From: the human T2T-CHM13v2.0 reference genome, Homo sapiens
Strand: one strand, 5' to 3'
Length of the DNA: 64,000 bases
NCBI RefSeq assembly: GCF_009914755.1
Contig: NC_060933.1
Shown: positions 41,347-55,503 of the stretch, one piece after another
How positions within the stretch are numbered: the first letter of the stretch is position 1
Layout: every line of letters begins with the position of its first letter
Notes under the pieces: generated by a model
Told to the model about the DNA's origin: nothing
What the model saw: the letters and a program-made list of their open reading frames with translations, nothing else
Databases searched by the model: none
Position numbers and translations under genes: made by a program

Positions 41347-42378
41347 GGATACATGAAGAGATTAATCATGATTCTTGATTCATGATATGCTTTTATCAAA
41401 TGTCTATATAAGGACTTCTATCTATTAACAATAACAACAACGACAACAATAATACACATTGTTAAAACCACCACCTAACATGAAACTAGAACCCTGACAA
41501 TAGCTTTCATCAATGTGGTTTCTACTCATTTCCTCTCCGTGGATTTAAGGGGGAAATATTTGCATTCAATTTTTTTAAAGGAGCAAAGAAAGTAAAAGCA
41601 TCTCAGTGGATTTTCCACGTTCAAAGAGTTTGAGTGTTTCCCAGCTATTCTCTAAGGTTTCACAAATTGACTCACCTTTTTAGGAAGCTGACTCTTTGAC
41701 ACTTTGGGAGCTGAATTTTATAGTAGCATTAACCATGCAAATTTCCTAGAAACCTCAGTGTCATTGAACAAGTAAATCCTATTGCTGCATTTGTCACTAG
41801 TCATAGGCAGAAACATCTTTTTTTATAAGAAATTTTAACCCTTACTTTGTTAAAACTATTACTTTACCAAAATACCACAAACATTTTATCAAAGACACAT
41901 ACAGACTGTGTGCTGAGCAGTGGCTAATATCTTGCCTGACCACCTTTGATTTTCTTCATTGTCCGCAATGAAGTATCTGCAATTGCTCATAAACCTAAAG
42001 GTGAGAGGACACTGGAAATGGTGTTATGGTCCTCTCTGCCCTCTAACCATCACCTAATCTTGTGATTCTTCCAACCTTACAAAAGAGAAAAAAACAAAAA
42101 GCAGGCACCATTTTGGGTAAGTCCAAAATATGTTCTAATCTATTTTTATCACAGTAAAACTTTGATTAGCCCAAACTAACATTCTGAATCTAGGAACAGT
42201 CAGACCTGTCACTCCACACACTTGAATTTTTAACAAAAGAACATGATGAAACAAGGACATCACCTCCCACAGATGTGCTAAGTGCCCTGTTGTAGCTACA
42301 ATGCCACTCTATTGATTGAGGATTGTAATGCACATGCCTCTTAGCAACAGTTTTAGTTGCCTAATTTGAGTTGGCAGC

Positions 42379-42960
42379 TGTATTAGGATTTTTAGAGGAA
42401 CAGAACCAATGGGATGGATGGATGGACAGATAGGTAGATAGATAGACAGATAGATAAGAGATTTATTAGGGGAATGGGCTCACATAATTATGGAGACAGG
42501 GAAGTCTCACAACAGGCTCTCTGCAAGCTCAAGACCCTGGGATGGCAATATTGTGGCTCATTCCAAGTCCAAAAGCCTCAGAATCAGGAAAACCCATAGA
42601 GTAATTCTCAGTCCAAGGCTGAAGCCCTGAGCACCTGGGAGGCCACTGTTGTGAGTCCTGGAGTTCCAAATCTGGAGAGCCTGGAGTTCTGATGTCCAAG
42701 GGCAGGAGGAGACTGTCTCAGCTCTAGGAGAGGGTAAGAGAAAGTTCTTTTCTCTTCTTTTTTTTTTTTGTTCTATTCAGGCCCCCAGTTGATTGGATGG
42801 TGCCTGCCCACATTGAAGGTGAATCTTCCCCACTCAGTCCACTGATTCTTATGCCAGTCACCACTGGGAACACCCTCACAGATAGCCAGAGGTAATGCTA
42901 TACCAGTTCTCTAGGTATTCCTTAATTCAGCCAAGGTGACACATAAAATTAGCCATCACA
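42379..42960 (-). mobile_element. MLT2 (ERVL) solo LTR with internal (GGAT)/(GATA) microsatellite
   Basis: tgtattagg...agaggaacagaaccaat...acataaaattagccatcaca. Confidence 0.85.
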
Positions 42961-43254
42961 TTAGTTAACTTCCATCACTCTGTATTCAGCCTCTTTGCTG
43001 CAATGATTGGAATCTACATTCCTTTCGTGTCTCTCATGTTTTTGTCTAGCTCTTGGCAGCAACTCCATAGTCCTTCTAAAAATAGGTTTAACTGATTAAA
43101 ATATTTTGCTTCGAAGTTTTATTTACTTATCTTACAAATGATTTATTCTCACTGTGGAAAAATAACAATATAGTAAAGCAGAAAGAAAATCAAAATTTTA
43201 TAAGTCAGATTAAACATCATTGTGGTCCTTTCTCTGTCTCTCATTTTGTATGTT

Positions 43255-43320
43255 TGCATGTGCATGTGCATGTGCATGTGCATGTGTGTATGTGTGCCTG
43301 TGTGCATGTGTGTGCATGTA
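43255..43320. repeat. (TGCATG)n/(TG)n alternating purine-pyrimidine microsatellite
   Basis: Five tandem TGCATG at 43255-43284 plus two more at 43303 and 43313. Confidence 0.85.
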
Positions 43321-43790
43321 AAAGGACAGTTTTGGCTGTTTGAAGTTGGCAATTATCTCACCAAAATTTCCCACCAGTGTGTGTTTGCATCTATTGAAAT
43401 GCTATGGCTTTTCTTTTGCAAGTAGAGGAGAACAGAGGAGTTGGGTTGGGGGCAGAGTGTAAGAAAAGAAGGAGGAAACTAAAGGGAATAAGGTGGCACC
43501 TCTCTCATCCTACCCACTCAACTAGGTTTGAGTCACTGATCAGAGCCAAAAATGGAACAAACTGAATTATAGTTGATCAGGTGTGAACCATTTCCCTCAT
43601 CATGACTTTATACTGATGTGGTATGTATATAGGATCTGTTGGGAACTCCTCAAAAGAACCAGGGGACACTTCAACTGGCTCTAAGTTTCTGCTTTGAGGA
43701 GGGGAAGCTGAGCGGTGTTATATTTGGATGTACATATATGTGATGCTATTTTACATTCATTCAACTTTCCAGTCAATCTTTGTTGAGTGC

Positions 43791-44180
43791 TATGTTAGTT
43801 TTCTACTGCTGTTGTAACAAATCACTACAGATTCAAAACAACACAAATTTATTCTCCTAAAATTCATGGGGTCAGAAGTCCAAAATGAGTGTTATGGATT
43901 AAAATTAAGTTGTTGGCAGAGTTGCTCCTTTTGAAGTCTGTGAAGAAGAACCCATTCCTTGCTTATTTTGCATTCTAGAGGCTGCTGCATCCTTGGGCAT
44001 CATCCCACTCATGTCACCTTTCATTCCCCTTCCTCTGTTATTACATCACCTCTTTCTTCTTTGGCCTTTTTGCCTCTCTCTTATGAAGACCCTTGTGATT
44101 ACATTTAGTGCCCACCCAGATAATTCAGGATAATTCCCCTTCTGAAGATCACGTCGGCAAAGACCCTTTTGCCATATAAG
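43791..44180 (-). mobile_element. MLT1C/D/E-like LTR, truncated
   Basis: ctgctgttgtaacaaatcactac...gtcagaagtccaaaatg...cccttgtgattacatt...ttttgccatataag. Confidence 0.75.
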
Positions 44181-44279
44181 GTTTTCAAATTATTAAAGGA
44201 AGAAAACTTGGAATCCAGAATTTTATATCCAGCAAACTGTTATTCAGATGTGTAGGCATGGTAAAAATGTTTCCAAGTA

Positions 44280-45908
44280 TAGGCACTCCTCAGTTTACAT
44301 GGTAATGCAGGACTAAAAAGGTTTTGCTGAAACCATGCAAAGCTATATTAATAATTAATCAGAAAACTGGGAATTGTTCCATGCCCTTCAGAAATTTTTG
44401 TCAAAATATTAAAAACTCTTATTCATAAATGTATTAGGAAATGAAAAAAATAGTAAAACTAGTATTTATTTAGTATATTATGATTTAAATCTTAGAAACA
44501 TTGAGAATTAACAAATTTCTTTGTGAAAAATATCAAGAATATGATATTTTCATATCTTTGAATTGTTTGATTAAAGGATATAAAGTTTCAGATAGATGGG
44601 AGGAATAAATTTTGAGTTCTATTGCATAGTAGGGTGACTAGTTAATGATAGTGTATAACATATTTCAAAATAACTAATAAAGTAAATTTCAAGTGTCTCA
44701 CCACAAAAAAAATGGGTGAGGTGATGAATATGTTAATTATCTTGATTTAGTGGTTCTACATGGTAAAATTTATTAAAACATCACATTGTCTCTTATAAAT
44801 ACAATTATGATTTGTCAATTAAAAATCATAATTAAAAAGTATCAAGAGTAGTTTGAATAATGCTTGCTTTCTTTACTTCATATAAATTATGGTGTATCAA
44901 TTACCTCCTAATTAAATAAGTTAATCTATTTTACTCCTTATTGGCCACTTTGTGATTCTTTCTTTTTTTGCCTAAATTCGTGATGATATTCCCTTCCAAA
45001 AAAAGTCTGTCTCATCAATATAAATATTTGCTGATCATTATAACCATCTGCCTTAACTATTTCTCAGAATCTGAGTGCAGATTTTACAGCAACATTTTTA
45101 TTTGCAATAGTAGCTTCACCAGATAGTTTAACATTAATCAATTCACGCTAATTTCTGAAATGGTGAAATCAGACTTTATCTTCATTCTCCTTGTAATTAC
45201 TGTTTGTTTTCCATGTGGTAACTAATTTCACATTTTGCCATGAATTCTTGCCAAATGATTGGAATTGTTTGTTAAATCTTTAAAGTAGAAGTAAATGCTC
45301 AATTTCAATGATAAGTGGCTTTCTGTTAAATGGTGCAATTTAAACTAAAATATGTTGATATGACTTTATCTTATTTTTTGTATTTATCAGACATTTTCAA
45401 CATGGTTCATACTGTACCATCCTGCAGACCTAGTTCTCATCTTTTGCTTTGCTGCTGCCATTTTCAAATCTTATAATTACATCCAATTTCACTTTCAGAC
45501 TTAACACTTTTTATTTCTTTTGCAATTCATCTTTGTTAGCCAGTTCCTTCATTTGATTATCCATTTTTGCAAAAACATCACATGAGGTTGGTTATCACTG
45601 GGAGACAATGAGGCAACACAGCTACATGCTTTGCTCTTGTCACTTGACCTGATTAACAGATGCACAGTGACTGATCGCCAACAGACTTTGAAAGAGTGGT
45701 GTGGATGGTCACTGCTCATGATCTATCTCTTATTTACATGCTGATTGAAGACTGAAGGGCAAAATTTTTATTTTATGTAATTAATCACAGTTATAATAAC
45801 TATATACTGAAATTGAACCATTGCTGTTAGAGTCTGCTGTTATTTAACTAAATTGCAGTAACTGAAATTTGCATATATCAGAATTATGCTTAATGAGGAC
45901 TGTTTGTA
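44280..45908. mobile_element. Tigger6-like Tc1/mariner element, interrupted by an L1MA 3' fragment
   Basis: Degenerate TIRs aggcactcctcagttt / aatgaggactgtttg, flanked by TA. Confidence 0.6.
44540..44835 (+). mobile_element. L1MA 3'-end fragment with TSD
   Basis: tgaggtgatgaatatgttaatta...aaacatcacattg...tttgtcaattaaaaa; TSD aaaaatatcaaga / aaaagtatcaaga. Confidence 0.75.
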
Positions 45909-47822
45909 TATAAGATTTCAGAAGCTTTACCTCACCAAGTTCCAAAGTGAAGACAAATTTCAGATGAGCTGCTGAAATGAGAAAAGCAATGACATGGGAA
46001 AAAAAGAAAGAAAATCAATGACAAAGAAGATGTTGTGTTCTAAGAAATTTATGAAATAAAGGTGATCAAATAGTGTTTCTTGTTGCTTGGAAAAATATTT
46101 GAGACCAAAGAAAAATGGAAAATATATCTATATCACATAAAATTAAATATCTAGATTATAACAAGCTAATGGGGTGGGGGAGAAGAGAGGGAGAAGGAAA
46201 GGATGTGAGAACATGCTAAACTTTTTGTTTCATTAGCAGGAAAATAAGATATCAAGTTTTAAAAACGCAAAGTTAAAAGCAACTAAAATCAAATATGTGC
46301 TTTTAGAGGGGTACATCTAGATACAAGAAAACTACATAAAAATAAAAGCAAAGGAATGACAAACATGTGATTCAAGATGATGGTTGTTGGGTTGGGGGAG
46401 GCAATGAGTAGGACAGGAGAGACTATACAGTTAGTGTAAGTTACTATTGGGGCCCTAGCTTTTGTTTTGGAGGTGTGGTATACAGCTCAGTGACTGCTGT
46501 GAGCTGTATGTTTCCCAGGATTTGTGACTTCCACGGAAGCTTAAGCCAGACTCTATTTAGCTTCTCTTTTGTAAGGGTTTGGGTTGTCTTTTAATAGTGG
46601 CAATAAAGCTCACTATTTTATGTATTTATTTTAAAAATAATTTTAACTTTTATTTTAGATTCAAGAGATGTATGTGCATGTCTGTCACATGGGAACTCTG
46701 TGTGACACTGAGATTTGAGGTATGGATGATCCCATCACCCAGGCAGTGAGCACAGCACCCAATAGGTCACCCCTCAGACCTTCCTCCCTCCCTTTCTCCT
46801 CCAGCAGTCTTCATTGTCTATTGTTTCCATCTTTGTGTCCACGTGTACTCAATGTTTAGCTTCCACTTATAAGTGAGAATATGCAGTATTTGGTTTTCTG
46901 TTCCTGCGTTAATTTGCTTAGGATAATGGCCTCCAGCTGCACCCATATTGCTGCAAAGGATATGATTTCATTCTTTTTTATGGCTTCATCATATTCCATA
47001 GTGTATATGTAGCACATTTTCTTTATCCAGTCCATCGATCTTTTTTCCCTAAGTTATTGGGGGTACAGGTGGTATTTGGTTACATGAGTAAGTTCTTTAG
47101 CGGTGACTTGTGAGATCTTGGTGTTCCCATCACCCGAGCAGTATACACTGCACCATATTTGTAGTCTTTTATCCCTCGCCCTCCTTCCATTCTTCCCCCC
47201 AAGTCCCCAATATCCATTGTATGATTCTTATGCCATTGTGTTTCATAGCTTAGCTCCCACATATCAGTGAGAATGTTCTCATATGATGAGAATGTTCTCA
47301 TACAATATTCTCATACGATGTTTGGTTTTCCATTCCTGAGTTACTTCACTTAGAATAATAGTCTCCAGTCTCATCTAGGTCTCTGCGAATGGTGTTAATT
47401 CATTCCTTTTTATGGCTGCATAGTATTCCATTGTATATACATACCATAATTTATTTATCCACTCATTGATTGATGGGCATTTGGGTTGGTTCCACAATTT
47501 TTCAATTGTGAATTGTGCTGCTATAAACATGCGTGTGCAAGTATCTTTTTCATATGACTTCTTTTCCTCTGAGTAGATACCCAGTAATGGGATTGCTGGA
47601 TCAAATAGTAGTTCTACTTTTAGTTCTTTAAGGAATCTCCACACTGTTTTCCACAGTGGCTGTACTAGTTTACATTCCCACCAGCAGTGTAGAAGTGTTC
47701 CCTGTTCACTACATCCACGTCAACATCTACTGTTTTTTTGATTTTTTGATTATGGCCATTCTTGCAGGAGTGAGGTGGTATCACATTGTGGTTTTGATTT
47801 GCATTTCCCTGATCATTAGTGA

Positions 47823-48212
<390 letters not shown>

Positions 48213-48374
48213 ATGTTTGTTTGTTTCTTACTGATTTGTTTGAGTTCGTTGTAGATTCTGGATATCCTTTGTCAGAAGTACAGATTGTGAAGATTTTCTC
48301 CCACTCTGTGGGTGGTCTGCTTACTTTGCTGACTGTTCCTTTTGCTGTGCAAAAGCTCTTTAATTTATTATTTA

Positions 48375-48468
48375 CTATATATATGTATATGTATGTATAT
48401 ATATACATACATATATATATACACACATACATATATATACACACACAGACACACACATATATATATAA
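48375..48468. repeat. (TA)/(TATG)/(CA) compound microsatellite within the L1
   Basis: Seen directly. Confidence 0.85.
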
Positions 48469-51400
48469 AATTATAAGTTTAGGTCCCAGCTATTTATCTT
48501 TGTTTTTATTGCATTTGCTTTTGGGTTCTTGGTCATGAAATCCTTCCTTAAGCCAATGTCTAGAAGGGTTTTTCCAATGTTATCTTCTAGAATTTTTATG
48601 GTTTCAGGTCTTAGGTTTAAGAGCTTAATCCATCTTGGGTTGATTTTGTATGAGGTGAGAGATGAGGATCCAGTTTCATTCTCCTACATGTGGCTAGCCA
48701 ATTATCCCAGCACCATTTGTTGAATAGAGTGTCCTTTCCCTGCTTTTATGTTTTGTTTGCTTTGTTGAAGATAAGTTGACTGTATTTGGCTTTATTTCTG
48801 GATTCTTTATTCTGTTCCACTGGTCTATGTGCCTATTTTTGTACCAGTGCCGTGCTGTTTTGGTGACTATGGCCTTATAGTTTGAAATCAGGTAGTGTGA
48901 TGCCTCCAGATTTGTTCTTTTTACTTAGTCTTGCTTTGGCTATACAAGCTCCTTTTTGGTTCCATATGAATTTTAGAATTGTGTTTTTCTAATTCTGTGA
49001 AGAATGATGGTGTTATTTTGATAAGGATTGCATTGAATTGTTAGATTGCTTTTGACAGTATGGCCACTTTCACAATATTGATTCTATCCACATGAGCATA
49101 GGATGTGTTTCCATTTGTTCATGTCATCTATGATTTCTTTCAGCAGTGTTTTATAATTTTCCTTGTAGAGGTCTTTGGATCCTTGGTTAAGTATATTTCT
49201 AAGTATTTTATTTTATTTTTATTTTTGCAGCTATTGTAAAAGTGGTTGAGTCCTTGATGTGATTCTCCACTTGGTCACTGTTGGTGTATAGAAGAGCTAC
49301 TTATTTGTGTACATTAATGTTGTATCCAGAAACTTTGCTGAATTCCTTTATCAGTTCTAGGAGCTTTCTGGAGAAGTCCTTAGGGTTTTCAAGGTAAATG
49401 ATCATATCGTCAGCAAACAGTGACAGTTTGACTTCCTCTTTACCGATTTGGATGCCCCTTATTTCTTTCTCGTGTCTGATTTCTCTGGCTAGGACTTCCA
49501 GTACTATGTTGAAGAGGAGTGGTGAGAGTGGGCATCCTTGACATTTTCCAGTTCTCAGAGGGAATGCTTTCAACTTTTCCCCATTCAGTATTATGTTGGC
49601 TGTGAGTTTGTCACAGACGGCTTTTATTACATTAAGGTATGTCCCTTGTGTGCTGATTTTGCTTAGGGTTTTGGTCATAAAGGGATCCTGGATTTTGTTG
49701 AATACTTTTTTTGCATCTATTGAGATGATCATGTGATTTTTGTTTTTAATTCTGTTTATGTTGTGTATCACATTTATTGACTTCTGCATGTTAAACCATC
49801 CCTGCATCCCTGGTATGAAACCCATTTGATCATGGTGGATTATCTTTTTGATACGTTGTTGGATTGGGTTAGCTACTATTTTGTGAAGGATTTTAGTGTC
49901 TGTATTCATCAAGGATATCAGTCTGTAGTTTTCTTTTTTGGTTGTGTCCTTTCCTAGTTTTGGTATTAGGGTGATGCTGGCTTCATAAAATGAATTAGGG
50001 GAGGTTCCTTCTTTATCTTGTGGAATAGTGTCAAAAGGATTGGTGCCAATTCTTTGAATGCCTGGTAGAATTCTGCTGTGAATCCATGTGGTCCTGGACT
50101 TTTTTTTGTTGGTGATTTTTATATTACCATTTCAATCTTGCTGCTTGTTATTGGTCTGTTCAGGGTTTCTAATTCTTTCTGATTTAAGCTAGGAGGGCTG
50201 TATTTTTCCAGGAATCTACCCATCTTTTCTAGGTTTTCCAGTTTATGTGCATAAAGGTGTTCATAGTAGCCTTGAATGATCTTTTGTATTTCAGTGGTGT
50301 CAGTTGTAATATCTCCTGTTTCATTTCTGAGTGAGGTTATTTGGATCTTCTCTTCATTTCTTGGTTATTCTTGCCAATGGTCTATCAATTTTATTTATCT
50401 TTCAAAGAACTAGCTCTTTGTTTCATTTATCTTTTGTATTTTTTGTTTGTTTGTTTCAATTTCATTTAGTTCTACTCTGATCTTGGTTATTTCCTTTCTT
50501 CTGCTGGGTTTGGGTTTGGTTTGTTCTTGTTTCTTAGTTCCTTGAGGTATGACCTCAGAGTGTCTGTTTGCACTCTTTTGATCTTTTTGATGTAGGTATT
50601 TAGGGCTATGAAATTTCCCCTTACCATTGCCTTTGCTGGATCCCAGAGGTTTTGATAGATTGTGTCATTATTGTCCTTCATTTCAAATAATTTTTAAATT
50701 TCCATCTTGATTTCATTTTTGACCCAATGCTCATTCAGGGGCAGGTAATTTAATTTCCATGTATTTGCATTGTTTCAAAGGTTCCTTTTGGAGTCGATGT
50801 TCAGTTTTATTCCACTGTGGTCCAAGAGAGTGCTTGATATAATTTCAATTTTCTTAAATTTACTGGGGCTCATTTTATGGTCTATCATATAGTCTGTCTT
50901 GGAGAAAGTTCCATGCACTGTTGAATAGAATGCATATTCTCCGATTGTTGGATGAAATGTTCTGTATATATCTTTTAAGTCCATTTGTTCCTAGGTATAG
51001 TTTAAATCCATTGTTTCTTTGTTGACTTTCTGTCTTGATGACCTGTCTAGTGCTGTCAGTGGAGTATTGAAGTCCCCTACTATTATTATGTTGCTGTGTG
51101 TTTCATTTCTTAGGTCTATTAGTAATTGTTTTATAAATTTGGAAGCTCCAGTGTTAGGTGCATATATGTTTAAGATTGTGATATTTTCCTGTTGGACAAG
51201 GCCTTTTACCATTATATAATGTCCCTCATTGTTTCTTTTAATTGCTGTTGCTTTAAAGTTTGTTTTGTCTGATATAAGAATAGCTACCCCTGCTCACTTT
51301 TGCTTTCCATTTGCAAGAAATGCCTTTTTTCCACGTCTTTACTTTAAGTTTATGTGAGTCGTTATGTGTAAGTTGAGTCTCCTGAAGGCAGCAGATAGTT

Positions 51401-52373
51401 GGTTGGTGAGTTCTTATCCATTCTGCAATTCTGTATCTTTTAAGTGGAGCATTACTTACATTCAATGTTAGTATTGAAATGTGAGGTACTGTTGCATTTA
51501 TCATGTTTTTGTTGCCTGAGTACTTTGTGTGTTTTGTTTTTGCTTTTTAACTTGTATTTTTGTTTTATAGGTCCTGTGTAATTTATGCTTTAAAGAAGTT
51601 CTGTTTTGTTGTGTTTCCAGGATTTGTTTCAAGATTTAGAGCTCCTTTTAGCAGTTCTTGCAGTGGTGGCTTGGTAATGGCAAATTCTCTCAGCATTTGT
51701 TTGTCTGAAAAAGACTGTATCTTTCCTTCCTATATGATGCTTAGCTTCACTCGACACAAAATTATTGGCTGTTAAGTGTTTTGTTTGAGGAGGCTGAAGA
51801 TAGGACCCCAGACCCTTCTAGCTTTGTAGAGTTTCTGCTAAGAAATCTGCTGTTAATCTGATAGGTTGTCCTTTATAGGTTACCTGATGCTTCTGCCTCA
51901 CAGCTCTTAAGATTCTTTCCTTCGTCTTAACTTTGGATAACCTGATGACTTGCGATGAATTTCCTGAGTGTTCTTTGTGCTTCTTGTGTTTGGATTTCTG
52001 GGTCTCTAGCAAGGCCAGGAAAGTTTTCCTTGATTATTCCCCCAAATATATTTTCCAAGCTTTTAGAATTCTCTTCTTCCTCAGAACACTGATTATTCAT
52101 TCTTAGTTTTGGTCATTTAACATAATTCCAGACTTCTTGGAGGCTTTGTTCATATTTTTCTTTTTTCTTTGTCTTTGTTGGATTGGGTTAATTTGAACAC
52201 CTTTTCTTTGAGTTCTGAGTTTCTTTCTTCTACTTGGTTCAATTCTATTGTTGAGACTTTCCTGAGCATTTCACATTTCTAAAAATGTGTCCAAAGTTTC
52301 CTGAATTTTTCATTGTTTTTTTTTTCTTTAAGCTATCTATTTCCTTGAACATTTCTCCCCTCACTTCTTGTAT

Positions 52374-52409
<36 letters not shown>

Positions 52410-54181
52410 GATTTCCTTGCATTGGGCTTCGCCTTTCTCTGGTCCCTCCCTGATTAGCTTAATAACTAACCTCCTGAATTCTTTTTCAGGTAAATCAGGA
52501 ATTTATTCTTGGTTTGGATCCATTGCTGGTGAACTAGTGTGATTTTTTGGGGGTGTTGAAGAGCCTTGTTTTGTCATATTACCAGGGTTGGTTTTCTGGT
52601 TTCTTCTCATTTGGGTAGGCTCTGTCAGAGGCAAGGTCTAGGGTGGAAGGCTATTGTTCAGATTCTTTTGTCTCATGGGGTGTTCCCTTGATGTAGTACT
52701 CTCCCCCTTTTCCTATGGATGTGGCTTCCTACAAGCCGAACTGCAGTGATTGTTATCTCTCTTCTGGGTCTAGGCACCCAGCGAGTCTACCCAGCTCCGG
52801 GCTGGTACTGGGGGTTGTCTGCACAAGAGTGCTGTGATGTGAACTGTCTATGGGTCTCTCAGTCATGGACACTAGCGCCTTTTCTGGTGGAGGTTGGGGG
52901 GCGGGTGTGCAATGGACTCCGTGAGGGTCCTTAGCACACTAGATCAGTGGAGTTATGTACCTATGAGGATTATGGATGCCTCTGCTGAGTCATGCAGGTT
53001 GTCAGGTAAGTGGCGGTAAGCTGGCAGTCACAGGCTTCACCCAGCTCCCATGCAAACCGAAGGGCTGGTCTCACTCCCACTGTGTCCTCTGCCAACAGCC
53101 CCAGTCTGTTTCCAGGTGGAGGGCTATATGGCTTGAAAACCGGCCCCAGGCTATCTACCTCCCAGCTGCGAAAGAAAAGGGCTTCGTTCCTTCTCAGCCT
53201 GTGAGTCTGCACACCAGATTTGCCCTGCCCTGAGTTCTGGCCACGAGGCTTCTCACCCCATTCAAATTGTTACAAAATTCAGCTAGAGATTTCTTTCTCC
53301 CTGTGGAGTTTTAGCCCCTGCTCCTCTGTCTACTCTCCCGATGGATCCCTGTGGTGCCAGCCAGGAATGGGCTGCTGGGGGACCCCGTGAGCTCCCAGGG
53401 CCTTACTGCTGCTTCCTCTACCCCTGTATTTCACTTGGCTAACTTGACTCAGCTCCAGGTAAAGTCAAAAACTTCTTCCACAAACAGACTTTCAGCTTCT
53501 TCAGTGAGGGTATGTGTTCAGGAGAAGAGGGCCTCCCTTTCTTACTTCCACAGTTGGGGCACTCACAGTTTTAGGGGGCTCTCCTGGGTCCTGCAGGAGT
53601 AGTCCGCTTCCTTCAGAGGGTCTGTGGGTCCTCTCGGGATTGCTGGTTTGTTCTTGTAGTCGATCTGGAGCTAAAATTCATAATGCGAGCTCCCACACGC
53701 TGCTCTGTCCGGAGCGGCAATCTAGTCCTGCCTCCCATCTGCCCTGATGATTGCTATCTCCAGTCCTTCGTTCATGAGCACTTGGGTTGATTCCATGTCT
53801 TTGCTATTGTGAATTGTGTACCAGTGAATATACGAGTGCATGTCTTTTTGGTAGAACAATTTGTTTTCCTTTGGGTAGATTCCCAGTAATGGGATTGCTG
53901 GGTCAAATAGTAGTTGTTTTTTAAGTTCTTTGAGAAATCTCCAAACTGCTTTCTAAAGTAAGCCCTCTCTTTAAATAGCTAGGTTTGTGCTTGCTATTTA
54001 GTTTACATATTAAACCCCCTTCATATTTATTTACACGTAAATAGCTGAAATATTTCATTTAGAGAATAGAGTGAATAGGAGATGAGGAAGCAGAGACTAC
54101 AAGTGGAGACAATTTGTGTACGTCTAAAATTGGTAATACGTTGGTTTTAAATGTTTTTTTTTTCCTATGAAAATAAATGTT

Positions 54182-54476
54182 GGCGGGCGCAGTGGCTCAT
54201 GCCTGTAATCTCAGCACTTGGGGAGGCCGAGGTGGGCAGATTGCCTGATGTCGGGAGTTCGAGACCAGCCTGGCCAACATGGCGAAACCCTGTCTCTACT
54301 AAAAATACAAAAATTAGCCAGGTGTGGTGACAGGTGCCTGTAATCTCAGCTACTCAGGAAGCTAAGGAAGAGAGAATCACTTGAACCCGAGAGGCGGAGC
54401 TTGCAGTGAGACAAGATTGCGCCATTGCACTCCAGCCTCGGCAACAGAGCGTCTCAAAAAAAAAAAAAAAAAAAAA
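54182..54476 (+). mobile_element. Alu (AluS-like) with TSD
   Basis: TSD gaaaataaatgtt on both sides; A-tail followed by (GA)n. Confidence 0.94.
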
Positions 54477-55185
54477 GAGAGAGAGAGAGAGAAAATAAAT
54501 GTTATGCATATATTCCTGAAACCGACTTATCCCATTCAACAACATATTCTTATATTTCAGTGTTAAGAAATACAAATCTATATCACAACTTTAATGACTA
54601 CATAGAATTCTATATTCGAGGACATTTCATGATTTATACAAATTGATTCTAAAAATTTTAAGTAATAAATAATGCTATGTTAAACATTTTTGTACAGTCA
54701 TATTTAAACAAGTATGTGATTCTATTTTTTTCAAGCATATAATCAAACCTGGAATAGCTGAATCATTGGGTATGACATAGTTTAGGCTTTTGGTACAAAT
54801 TGACATTTATTTATAAAAGGACAGTTTTCATAAGAAGAAAAAAATACAAAACAAGATGTTCAGTACTTCACATATTTTAGCATTTAACAGCTTGAAGCAA
54901 CACATCTCCTTGCTGTTCTTCTAAATGTTAAGATCACATTTCAAACACACTGATCTAATTAGCCTTGGCCATCACTCTGTTGTAAGTGGCTACCCACATA
55001 ATTATTAGATTATTAATAAAAGCAAGCACAAATAAGAAAAAGAGAAAGGGAATAGTCTTCAAGGTTAACTGAATATTTGAAATGTCAATGTAATGTCAAA
55101 ATTTGCTGCATGGTTTGGACATAGTCCATTAAAAGTATCTTTCTCCCTGTACTATTGAAATCTCTATTACCCTGGCATCCAGTAC

Positions 55186-55503
<318 letters not shown>

